Assembly (NCBI GenBank): GCA_001783695.1
Contig: MFNE01000043.1
Span: 77,062-141,061 of the forward strand
Length of the DNA: 64,000 nucleotides
From: Candidatus Lambdaproteobacteria bacterium RIFOXYD2_FULL_50_16
Lineage (GTDB): Bacteria > SAR324 > XYD2-FULL-50-16
Direction: 5' to 3'
The position numbers were made by a program, and so were the translations under genes. The notes below the pieces were generated by a model, which ran no database searches, was not told the DNA's origin, and saw only the letters and a list, made by a program, of their open reading frames with translations. The stretch's first letter is position 1. Each line of letters opens with the position of its first letter. This document shows, one piece after another, positions 55,636 to 64,000 of the stretch.

Positions 55636-57660
55636 TTAAGGAATTTCTAATTCGGGCGCTCCCAGGTAAAAACCTTGGAGCAGATCGGCCCCAAGCTCGA
55701 TCACTTTATCCATTACTGGCTTGGAGTGGACAAATTCGACCACTGTTTTTATCCCAATCTCATGGGCAAACCAGAGGATCGAGCGGGTGACTCGCTCTGA
55801 GTTTATATCTTCATCAATCCTTTTGATTAAAGAACCGTCGATTTTGAGATAGTCCACCTGGAGTTTTAAAATATTCTCAAAATTCGAATAACCCGCCCCA
55901 AAATCGTCGATCGCAATCTGGGCCCCATACGACTTGGCAGAGGAGATAAACTCCTGGACTAGGTCAAAGTTATCAATCCCTTCGGATTCTAAGATTTCGA
56001 AGGTGGTGCGGGCGGCCAATTCTGGATTTTTTTCAAGCCGTCCAAGGATCATTTGGGCCAAGGCGGGGTCGGTAATGTCTTGGGCAGAAAGGTTAATCGA
56101 AAATCCATAACTAAGTTTTTCGAATCTTGCGAAACACTTTTCGATCATAATCTCGGTGAGTCGCCGGTAGAGGTTGGCTCGTTTGGCAATATCGAGAAAA
56201 AAATAAGGCGAGAGTAACGTGCCGTCTTCTTCGACCAGCCTGATTAAACATTCAAACTTAACTGGTTTAAGGGTTTTTCTATCGAAGATTGGCTGAAAGA
56301 CGGGTTGTATTCGGTCTTGGCGGATAGCCTTTTTGAGTTTTTCTAACAGCTCAAAATTTTTGGCTACCTTTTTCTCTAAACCCAATTCAGGCGAATAAAC
56401 CAAGAAATGCTGGTCGTTTTGCTCTTTGAGGTGCTTCATCACCATATTGCAATGGGTAAGCAACGGTTTTTGGTCGCAGATTGCTTGGTTGAGGTTGATT
56501 TGAATGGGTAGCTCTTTATAGTAAAAAGGTTCGGTAACTAAAGCGTTCACCTTAGCAACCGCCTGCTCTAATAGGGCCAAGTCTTTTTCCTCAAACAAAA
56601 GCGCAAACTCGTCACCGCTGATCCGAAACACCTGGGCCTCAGCCCGGAATCGGTCCCGAAGTCGCTTGGCAAACCCCTTTAAAACGTGGTCCCCCCCTTG
56701 AATCCCGTAAAAATTGTTTACGTTTTTAAATCCGTTGAGGTCGATCAAGATCATGGCTGGGTTTTCAAATAAGTCAACCTGCTGCAAAAAGGCGAGCCGG
56801 TTTTTTAGGCCGGTTAACCGGTCCCTTAAAGCGGCCTGATCGTTTTTTATAATCAACAGAATCAGCAATCCCTCGGCTAGTAGTAAAAATACAAACAGGA
56901 CTGCCGAAAGTCCCTTTATCCTCGCCAAAGCACGCTGGTCCTCTGCGCGGAATTGATTTAAGGCAACCAAAAGTTGTTCCATCACCCGCTGGTTTTGGAT
57001 CTCCATCTGCCGGTTGAGTTCAAGGTACAAGGGAAACTGGGCAGTAAAAATACGTATATGGTTTAAATAATTGGCAATTTCATCGTTTTTTAGCCTTGAT
57101 TTTTGCACTCGATTTTCTATTTCAGAAACCGCCTGCATCAGCATTGACAGTTCCTCGATCTGCCCCAAGTTGTTGGCTAAAGCCACTTTATCTACCATAA
57201 ACAAAATAATAGGCAAAAGGGGTCCGTTTTTGGGCTCCAGGGCAATATCCTGGGCTAAAGTGGGGATATAAATGGTCGAGTTTTTTAAGGTAGAGTTTAG
57301 GGTTTGAAACGAGCGCAGGAGCGCCACCCCTTGGTTAAAATTTATTTGTATTTGGTCAAGCGCAGGAGGACCATGATGCTTTTGGGGGCTGTGGCTTAAT
57401 ACTTGGGTCAGGTCCTCAAACCCCTGCTGCCAATCTATTATCCGTTGATTTAGCGCGTCGTAATCGGGAAAGGTGGAAATTTGAAGTTTAAGTACCTCTT
57501 CTTCTAAAAGGGTGGATTGGTTTTTAAGGTTAGAAAACCGCTCAATAATTTGATTTGAGGTCTGCAATTGTTCGGTGACGTAAAAGCGAATAAACCAAAA
57601 CAAACCAAACACGGCTAAAGCGCCTAAAAGTGCAAAACCGAGCTTCTTTTTAAGCCTCAC
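55636..57660 (-). CDS. Membrane c-di-GMP enzyme: DAHL-like periplasmic domain + GGDEF + EAL
   Basis: Two TM helices flanking a helical domain (DYDAL, NSTLKNSTIY). DRLTGLKNR, FKNVNNFYG, RISGDEF; FQPI, ECLIRL, EILE, AIDDFGAGYS, KIDGS, EFV, QGF. Confidence 0.9.
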   Translation of the reverse strand: MRLKKKLGFALLGALAVFGLFWFIRFYVTEQLQTSNQIIERFSNLKNQSTLLEEEVLKLQISTFPDYDALNQRIIDWQQGFEDLTQVLSHSPQKHHGPPALDQIQINFNQGVALLRSFQTLNSTLKNSTIYIPTLAQDIALEPKNGPLLPIILFMVDKVALANNLGQIEELSMLMQAVSEIENRVQKSRLKNDEIANYLNHIRIFTAQFPLYLELNRQMEIQNQRVMEQLLVALNQFRAEDQRALARIKGLSAVLFVFLLLAEGLLILLIIKNDQAALRDRLTGLKNRLAFLQQVDLFENPAMILIDLNGFKNVNNFYGIQGGDHVLKGFAKRLRDRFRAEAQVFRISGDEFALLFEEKDLALLEQAVAKVNALVTEPFYYKELPIQINLNQAICDQKPLLTHCNMVMKHLKEQNDQHFLVYSPELGLEKKVAKNFELLEKLKKAIRQDRIQPVFQPIFDRKTLKPVKFECLIRLVEEDGTLLSPYFFLDIAKRANLYRRLTEIMIEKCFARFEKLSYGFSINLSAQDITDPALAQMILGRLEKNPELAARTTFEILESEGIDNFDLVQEFISSAKSYGAQIAIDDFGAGYSNFENILKLQVDYLKIDGSLIKRIDEDINSERVTRSILWFAHEIGIKTVVEFVHSKPVMDKVIELGADLLQGFYLGAPELEIP

Positions 57661-58616
57661 TGGGCCTCCAAAATAGCCGGAGTTTCCCCTTTTAGGGATT
57701 TAATAAAGGCCACTAGGTTCTCAATTTGATCTTGATCTAGGGTTACCCCCAAGTTATAATAACCCATGGCGGCGATAGCCGCTTCCAATGTACCTATCTC
57801 GCCCGAAGAAAAGTAGGGGGCGGTGTCTGCGGACATTCTTAGGCTTGGGACTTTGAACCGGTTTTTGTCAGACTCTTTTTGGGTTAAGGCATAAAGGTCG
57901 GCCTGCCCTTGAAACCAAGGGTAAGGGTTGACCACGCCAATCTTTTGGTAACTGTTGCCCCCTACTAACCGCCCGTTGTGGCAAGAGACACATCCCAGTC
58001 CTTTAAACAGCCGGTAGCCTTTTTGTTCCTTTTCTGAAAGGGCAATTTCCTTCCTTAAGTAACGGTCAAATCGGCTATTAGAAGTGACTAAGGCCCGTTC
58101 AAATTCGGCGAGCGCCAAAGCAACCTTTTGCGGGGTTAGAGGGCCAGGATTAAAGGTTTGAACAAAGGCTTCCTGGTAACTAGGTTCACCCTCAAGCCTA
58201 CGGATCATTTCGCTGAGGGCGAGGTTCATTTCCACCGGGTTTTGGATAGGGCCTAAGGCCTGTTCCTCTAAACTGGCGGCCCGGCCATTCCAAAATTGGC
58301 TAAAGTTGAAACCCGCATTAAAAACCGACGGGGCGTTCATCCCCCCTAGGACTTTTCCTACACCTTCGGACCGTTCCCTTCCGTCGGCGCCGCCTTTGGC
58401 GGGGTCATGGCAAGAGGCACAAGAGACGGTTTTGTCTTTTGATAAAATAGGATCAAAAAAGAGGCGTTGGCCTAAGGCGGCAAGCGCGGGGTTGTAGGTT
58501 GGTTTTAGGGGCAGAGGGGAAATGGGTTCTTGGGCCAGCAATCCGCCCACCCACAGACTAAACCCCAAAATGGCAAAAATATACTTTCCCAAACCCCTCC
58601 AGTTTTTGATTTTCAA
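57657..58616 (-). CDS. Diheme cytochrome c peroxidase-like protein (bCcP/MauG superfamily)
   Basis: Signal peptide, LGQRLFFDPILS, CASCH, NAPSVFN, QFWNGRA, NPVEM, CVSCHNG, FKVPSLR. Overlaps the start of the GGDEF-EAL gene by 4 nt. Confidence 0.9.
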   Translation of the reverse strand: MKIKNWRGLGKYIFAILGFSLWVGGLLAQEPISPLPLKPTYNPALAALGQRLFFDPILSKDKTVSCASCHDPAKGGADGRERSEGVGKVLGGMNAPSVFNAGFNFSQFWNGRAASLEEQALGPIQNPVEMNLALSEMIRRLEGEPSYQEAFVQTFNPGPLTPQKVALALAEFERALVTSNSRFDRYLRKEIALSEKEQKGYRLFKGLGCVSCHNGRLVGGNSYQKIGVVNPYPWFQGQADLYALTQKESDKNRFKVPSLRMSADTAPYFSSGEIGTLEAAIAAMGYYNLGVTLDQDQIENLVAFIKSLKGETPAILEAQ

Positions 58617-59140
58617 ACTAACCTTTTCTTCTAAAAAGGTCTAGCCCTGATCTCTTGGAGGAAAATAGCGTAACGCTCCCTAAAAATGCCCGCCCATTGG
58701 CCAATATTGGAATTTTCGAACTCCGCCAGTGGGGTAAGTCCGCATTAATTTGCAGCCCCTTTGGTAATAAAAAATTAATAATCGGAGCCGCAAGGCTGTT
58801 CGTATCGCTCAAGGCCGGAGGCGAGCCGCCTCGTAAGAAATGAGGCAAAAAAGTTAAAGTATGGGCCGGGCTCGGTCACTGGGTAATTTCTCGACTTTAA
58901 TAAAAGATGCTAGTGGCGCTGGACCAAGGACGTTGGTTGGTTTACAACCAGGAAAGAGGCGCAATATTTCCCTTTCCAACTAACACAAGATTGGCCCAGG
59001 GAAAAACCACCGAGTCGAGCCCCCAAAGCGGAACGTATCTAAAAATCGTCTTAAAAACAATAGCATACATCCAGTCGTCGGAACTCGACCCTAAACCACA
59101 CAAAAAAAAATCGCGCTTGTATATTCGGACATTATAATAT

Positions 59141-60070
59141 ATGTATTTACAAAAAAAGGACCTGTTAACCTGGAGCAATTGGGAACCCTCCGAAATTAGG
59201 TCTTTGCTGGAATTGGCGGTACAAGCAAAACGGCAACCCCAAGATTTTGCCCAAGCTATGGCGCAAAAAACCTTGGTGATGCTTTTCCAAAAGACCTCCA
59301 CCAGAACCCGAGTTTCCTTTGAAGTAGGTTGTACCGAGATGGGCGGGCACGCCATCTTTTTAGACTGGATGACCAGCAATCTGGGGCTGACTGAGATTGG
59401 TTGGGAGGCGGCCTATTTGGCTTCGAATAGCCATTTGATTATGGCTCGGGTCAAGAACCATAAGGATTTAGAAGAGATTGCCCGTTGCTCTAGGGTGCCC
59501 GTGATTAATGGTTGTGATGATCGGCACCACCCTTGTCAAGCCTTGTCAGATATGCTGACAATTCGCCTGGATCGAGGGAGCCTAGAAGGCGCAAGGCTTT
59601 GTTATGTCGGGGTTTTAAATAACGTAGCCAATAGCTTGTTGGCCCTGGCCCCGGTGTTTGGGGTTCATTTAACCCTGGTTTGCCCAATTCGACCAGATGA
59701 AGAGGTCGATGAAATGCTTTTGACCAGGGCTAGGGAAGCGGATTGTTTAGAAGAAACCCTAGATTTAAGTCGGGCGATCCAGACGGCAGACTATATATAT
59801 ACGGACACTTGGGTTAATATGGAACTTTATAAAGACCCTAATGCAGCGAAGTTGAAAGAAGACCGGGTGGCTAAGATGCTGCCTTTTCAGATCAACCGAG
59901 AATTGTTAAAAGATGTTAAGGCTAAGATCATGCACGATATGCCCATCCATTCTGGTTTTGAAATCACTAAAGAGATGGTTGAAGACCCGCGCTCCATCAT
60001 ATTTGAACAAGCCAGTAACCGCCTTCCTGCCCAAAAGGCGATTATGCTTAGGTTGTTGGGGCTTCACTGA
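59141..60070 (+). CDS. argF: Ornithine carbamoyltransferase family
   Basis: FQKTSTRTRVSF, VPVING, HPCQALSD, YTDTW, HDMP (instead of HCLP), EQASNR. Confidence 0.85.
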   Translation: MYLQKKDLLTWSNWEPSEIRSLLELAVQAKRQPQDFAQAMAQKTLVMLFQKTSTRTRVSFEVGCTEMGGHAIFLDWMTSNLGLTEIGWEAAYLASNSHLIMARVKNHKDLEEIARCSRVPVINGCDDRHHPCQALSDMLTIRLDRGSLEGARLCYVGVLNNVANSLLALAPVFGVHLTLVCPIRPDEEVDEMLLTRAREADCLEETLDLSRAIQTADYIYTDTWVNMELYKDPNAAKLKEDRVAKMLPFQINRELLKDVKAKIMHDMPIHSGFEITKEMVEDPRSIIFEQASNRLPAQKAIMLRLLGLH

Positions 60071-60082
60071 ACAAGGCCGATT

Positions 60083-60730
60083 ATGAATCGATGGTTGCTT
60101 TGGATGTTTCTCTTGTGTCTGCCCGGCCCTCTTTGGGCTTTGGACACGGAAGAAATCAAGTCTATCCCCGAGACGGCCAAGGTGGCCCATCAATATGACG
60201 ATCCGCTAGAGGCAGTCGCCCGGGTGCCAGCTTTTGTGACCGATTCAAGAATCGATCAGTTGATCTACTATCCTTGCGAAAACTGCCATACCAAAGGGAT
60301 GGTTGCTCCCAACGACAAGGTTAGGACCTTGGAATTGATGCATATGGAGATCAACCTTGATCATGGCAAAGGCCGGTTTTGGTGCACCACTTGCCACGAT
60401 ATTAATCAGCGAAACCAGTTAATCAGCCTTAAAAAGCAAAGGATTAGTTTCGACCAGCCCTACCTTTTATGTGGCCAATGCCACTTTGCCCGCCAACGCG
60501 ATTTTTTCCAAGGCGCCCATGGCAAACGCAAGGATAACTGGTTTGGCCCTAAAAAACTGACCAACTGCACCGAATGCCACGATCCCCATGTTCCCCAAAT
60601 TAGGGCCCGCCTGCCGCGCAAAGAGCCCGATCCGAGGTTGGGTTTGAGTATAGACAATTCAGACAAGCACCACCGGCACCAACCTTGGGACCAGGCAAAA
60701 GAGGAGCACAAAGATGAAGTTCACCAATAA
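60083..60730 (+). CDS. Tetraheme c-type cytochrome
   Basis: Sec signal peptide; CENCH, CTTCH, CGQCH, CTECH. Confidence 0.9.
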   Translation: MNRWLLWMFLLCLPGPLWALDTEEIKSIPETAKVAHQYDDPLEAVARVPAFVTDSRIDQLIYYPCENCHTKGMVAPNDKVRTLELMHMEINLDHGKGRFWCTTCHDINQRNQLISLKKQRISFDQPYLLCGQCHFARQRDFFQGAHGKRKDNWFGPKKLTNCTECHDPHVPQIRARLPRKEPDPRLGLSIDNSDKHHRHQPWDQAKEEHKDEVHQ

Positions 60731-61661
60731 TAATCTGCCCGATCTCGGGCGGCGCAAAGCCATACGCTTGGTGGGCATGGGGGCGGCTGTCGGCATGGGG
60801 GCGCTCGCTTCGGGCTCTAGTTCCTTAGCCACTCCTAATATGGGAAATGTCTCGTTGGCCGATCAGGTGGGCAGTTTTTTTCAGGATCACTATAAAAGGA
60901 TGAGCCCTGAAGAAATTCAAGAAGCCATCGAGCGGCTCGAACGCAAATACAAATCTAAATATCAGGTGGAGGTTAAGGTTGGTGACCCCAAGCCCTTGCC
61001 AGACGTATTGTTTGGTTATGCCCTTAATATCTCTAAGTGTCAGGGGTACCGCGAATGTGTAAAAGGTTGTACCGCCGAAAACAACCAGTCCAAAGACCCC
61101 AACCTCGAATACATTCGGGTTTTGGAGATGGACCGGGGGCAGATGAACCTAGAGACCGCAGACCCTTATTACCCAAGCACTGAAGAGGTCCCTAAACCGG
61201 GCAAGTTTTATTTGCCCATCCAATGTCACCACTGCGAGAACCCTCCCTGTGTCAAGGCTTGCCCAGTTAAAGCGACCTGGAAAGAGCCAGACGGGATTGT
61301 GGTGATTGATTACAACTGGTGTATTGGCTGCCGCATGTGTGCCAACGCTTGCCCCTATTGGGCCCGTAAGTTTAACTGGACCGAGCCTAATCTACCTGTT
61401 GATACGGTGAACACCCAAACCGGTTACCTTTCTAATCGCCCTCGCGAAAAAGGGGTGATGGAAAAATGTACCTTCTGCGCCCAGAGGTCCCGCGAGGGGC
61501 GTATGCCAGCTTGCCAAGAAGCCTGCCCTACTGGGGCCCGCGTCTTTGGCAACCTGCTTGATCCAGACTCTGAGATTCGTTACGTGCTAGAAAACAAAAA
61601 CGTCTTCCGCCTTAAGGAAGAACTCAACACTGAACCGAAGTTTTGGTACTACTCTGATTAA
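60714..61661 (+). CDS. Tat-exported 4Fe-4S protein (NrfC/DsrO-like)
   Basis: GRRKAI Tat motif; CQGYRECVKGC, CHHCENPPCVKACP, CIGCRMCANACP, CTFC...PACQEACP. Confidence 0.92.
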   Translation: MKFTNNNLPDLGRRKAIRLVGMGAAVGMGALASGSSSLATPNMGNVSLADQVGSFFQDHYKRMSPEEIQEAIERLERKYKSKYQVEVKVGDPKPLPDVLFGYALNISKCQGYRECVKGCTAENNQSKDPNLEYIRVLEMDRGQMNLETADPYYPSTEEVPKPGKFYLPIQCHHCENPPCVKACPVKATWKEPDGIVVIDYNWCIGCRMCANACPYWARKFNWTEPNLPVDTVNTQTGYLSNRPREKGVMEKCTFCAQRSREGRMPACQEACPTGARVFGNLLDPDSEIRYVLENKNVFRLKEELNTEPKFWYYSD

Positions 61662-61669
61662 GGGAACCG

Positions 61670-62968
61670 ATGAAACTGATCCGATTTTTTATCGATTGTG
61701 CCAAGGTTTCCTTAAGCGGAAACACCGCCTATTGGGCTTGGGTATCGGTCTTGTTGTTTTTTATCTCCATGGGCGGCTTCACCTACTTAGAACAGATGCG
61801 AGTGGGTTTGGTGATCACCGGGATGAGCGACCAAGTCTCTTGGGGCTTTTACGTCTCGAACTTCACCTTTTTGGTGGGGGTGGCGGCGGCGGCGGTGATG
61901 TTGGTAATCCCGGCCTATATCTTTCATAACCCAGACGCCAAACGCGTGGTTTTGTTAGGTGAAGGGTTGGCGGTGGCCGCAAGCCTGATGTGTATGTTGT
62001 TTGTTTCGGTCGATTTAGGCCGGCCAGACCGCATTTGGCACCTGAGCCCCTGGCCAGGGATGTTTAACTGGCCCAGCTCCCTTTTAACCTGGGATGTGAT
62101 TGTATTAAGTGGCTATTTAGGCCTCAACTTGGCCATTCCTGGTTATATTTTGTACAACCGGTATCAAGGGACCGAATACAACAAAAAGTTGGTTTTCGGC
62201 GCGGCGGTACTTTCGATGTTTTGGGCGATTTCTATTCATACAGTGACCGCCTTTTTGTTTGCTTCTAACTCGGCCCGCCCCTTTTGGGCCAGTGCCCTGG
62301 TCGCCCCCCGGTTTTTAGCCACCGCCTTTTGCGCCGGTCCCGCTTTTATTATTTTGGCCTTTTCGGTGATGCACAAGGTTCAGGCCTTCCAAATCGGCCA
62401 TAAAGTGATCGACTTGCTTTCGGTGATTGTGGCCGTTTCCATGCAAATCAACCTAATTATGTTAGCTGCCGAACTCTTTGTGGAGTTTTACGCAGAGGGA
62501 CAACATTCGGCCAGTGCTCGCTACCTCTTTTTGGGATTAGACGGCAAATCGGCCCTGGTGCCCTGGATTTGGAGCGCACAAGCCTTGAACGTGGGTGCTT
62601 TGATCCTGTTAATGATCGAAAAAACCCGCAAAAACTATTACTTTTTGGCGCTTGCCTGCGTCATGGCGGTCATTGGAATTTGGATTGAGAAGGGGATGGG
62701 TTTTGTGATCCCCGGCTTTATTCCTACCCCCTTGGGCGAAGTATTTGAGTATATGCCGACCTGGATGGAGGTGAAGGTTGCCTTAGGTGTTTATGGAATT
62801 GGGGCCTTGGTGTTCACCTTGATGATGAAGCCCTTGCGGGCGATTCAGTTGGGCTTGCTGGCCAATCCGAATTTAGATCTGGTTGCCGCCAAGCAACTTT
62901 ATGAGCAACGCGAACGCGAAGCCCTGGAACAGCGGATCAGAGGCTACGAAACCAAGATTGATCCCTAA
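61670..62968 (+). CDS. NrfD/PsrC-family membrane protein (DsrP paralog)
   Basis: TGMSDQVSWGFYVSNFTFLVGVAAAAVM, DLGRPDR, SIHTVTAF, APRFLATAF, WIEKGMG. Confidence 0.92.
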   Translation: MKLIRFFIDCAKVSLSGNTAYWAWVSVLLFFISMGGFTYLEQMRVGLVITGMSDQVSWGFYVSNFTFLVGVAAAAVMLVIPAYIFHNPDAKRVVLLGEGLAVAASLMCMLFVSVDLGRPDRIWHLSPWPGMFNWPSSLLTWDVIVLSGYLGLNLAIPGYILYNRYQGTEYNKKLVFGAAVLSMFWAISIHTVTAFLFASNSARPFWASALVAPRFLATAFCAGPAFIILAFSVMHKVQAFQIGHKVIDLLSVIVAVSMQINLIMLAAELFVEFYAEGQHSASARYLFLGLDGKSALVPWIWSAQALNVGALILLMIEKTRKNYYFLALACVMAVIGIWIEKGMGFVIPGFIPTPLGEVFEYMPTWMEVKVALGVYGIGALVFTLMMKPLRAIQLGLLANPNLDLVAAKQLYEQREREALEQRIRGYETKIDP

Positions 62969-63166
62969 GTATAGGCCGGTCCTTTTTAAAAGGCATGTGG
63001 TGCGGGGTGAATTCCCCCCTCCTACTAGCTCCAAGCCTTGCAAAACTTGGCTTTACCTAGCAGGGGGAGCTTAATAGGCTGATTTACATTTGCCGCTATG
63101 GTCCGGTTGTCAGCCTCTTTTCAGAGGTTTAGTGTAAACAAAAACCCTCCCAATCCCTGAGGCCTT

Positions 63167-64000
63167 ATGAAACGTTTTATTGCTATTTTAGCTTTTCCTC
63201 TTTTAGCCCAAGCCGCCCTGGCTGACGACTTGCTAAAAAGTGCGCAAGACCAGTTTAAACCCCTGCCCTCTAAGGGGGTCGAACTTAAAGACAACCCTAA
63301 TTCGAAAGCCCGCTTTGAGTTGGGCCAGATGCTGTATTTTGAGCCTCGTTTGTCTAAATCGGGTTTGATTAGTTGCCATAGCTGCCACAACCTTTCGACC
63401 GGTGGAGCTGATTTGCAGACGACCAGCACGGGCCATGGCTGGCAAAAAGGTCCTCGTAACGCCCCGACCACGCTCAATTCGGCTTACCATATCGCCCAAT
63501 TTTGGGATGGACGCGCCCCAGATTTGGAGGCTCAGGCCAAAGGCCCGGTGCAAGCTGGTGTAGAAATGGCCAGCACCCCGGCCCAGGTGGAAGCGGTGTT
63601 AAACTCCATGCCCGACTACCAAAAGCATTTTAAAAAGGCCTTCCCCAACGATAAACAACCAGTCTCTTTTGACAACATGGCCAAGGCTATAGCCCTGTTT
63701 GAGGCAAGTTTGGTGACTCCAGATTCGAAGTTTGATTTGTATTTAAAGGGTAAAAAGGCGCTTAATAAAACCGAGACTGCCGGGCTTAAATTGTTTATCG
63801 ATAAAGGCTGTGCAAGCTGCCACAATGGGGTTAATATCGGCGGTGGTAGTTACCAGAAATTTGGGGTAGTCAAGGCGCCGATTGATCAGATTCGCCCGGT
63901 GGCCGACACCGGCCGCCAGAAGGTGACCAGCAAAGCCGAAGACGCCTATGTCTTTCGGGTTCCTACCTTACGCAATATAGAACTTACCGGCCCTTACTTC
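63167..64000 (+). CDS. ccp: Canonical bacterial cytochrome c peroxidase (3'-truncated; not in the ORF track)
   Basis: My translation from ATG 63167: MKRFIAILAFPLLAQAALADD...LGQMLYFEPRLSKSGLISCHSCHN...GHGWQKGPRNAPT...QFWDGRA...GCASCHNG...FRVPTLRNIELTGPYF, open to the window end. Confidence 0.93.
   Translation, partial: MKRFIAILAFPLLAQAALADDLLKSAQDQFKPLPSKGVELKDNPNSKARFELGQMLYFEPRLSKSGLISCHSCHNLSTGGADLQTTSTGHGWQKGPRNAPTTLNSAYHIAQFWDGRAPDLEAQAKGPVQAGVEMASTPAQVEAVLNSMPDYQKHFKKAFPNDKQPVSFDNMAKAIALFEASLVTPDSKFDLYLKGKKALNKTETAGLKLFIDKGCASCHNGVNIGGGSYQKFGVVKAPIDQIRPVADTGRQKVTSKAEDAYVFRVPTLRNIELTGPYF

Noticed and set aside
58828..58852. Hairpin GCCTC...GAGGC followed by an A-run
   Set aside because: The run is on the wrong side to be a U-tract on either strand, so it is not called a terminator; no riboswitch recognised.
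58618..59137. Short ORFs in the gap between the peroxidase-like gene and argF
   Set aside because: No motifs or clear SD, mutually overlapping, and located in a divergent promoter region.
1..64000. CRISPR arrays, rRNA/tRNA genes, IS elements, integrases, prophage genes and selenocysteine read-through
   Set aside because: No regularly spaced repeats, RNA-gene signatures or transposase/integrase motifs were seen. The redox genes appear complete without in-frame TGA. This was a by-eye scan only.

Overview
Bacterial chromosomal window of roughly even GC (by eye). The gene set looks like a diderm, deltaproteobacteria-like anaerobe or microaerobe; a SAR324/Ca. Lambdaproteobacteria-like origin is an unverified guess. 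Bases 1-35 kb are mostly housekeeping and envelope genes (thiI, pirin, mpl, ridA, polA, rpsA, mlaEFD, glgP, tkt) with several odd members: a divergent MazF-like toxin-antitoxin pair, a kinase-dead 7TM-DISM hybrid sensor followed by three paralogous TPR lipoproteins, a catalytically dead M23 protein, a possibly envelope-spanning MlaD and a glycogen phosphorylase with a ~275-aa acidic N-terminal extension. The centrepiece (35.8-44.7 kb, minus strand) is a dissimilatory sulfite reductase cluster, dsrC-A-B-D-R-T-M-K-J-O-P. It mixes reducer-type markers (reductive-type DsrAB, DsrD) with oxidiser-type ones (DsrR, a DsrC with the oxidiser-type insertion, dsrCAB order). No dsrL, dsrN or dsrEFH was recognised in the window. 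Bases 45-64 kb are rich in signalling and redox genes: a solute-binding protein plus hybrid kinase, a LuxR solo, a peroxidase-like diheme cytochrome coupled to a DAHL-like GGDEF-EAL protein, a decayed sterol-desaturase-family pseudogene, argF, a tetraheme cytochrome/Fe-S/NrfD module and a canonical cytochrome c peroxidase running off the end. No rRNA, tRNA, CRISPR array or transposase was recognised. All family calls come from motif recognition by eye, not database searches.
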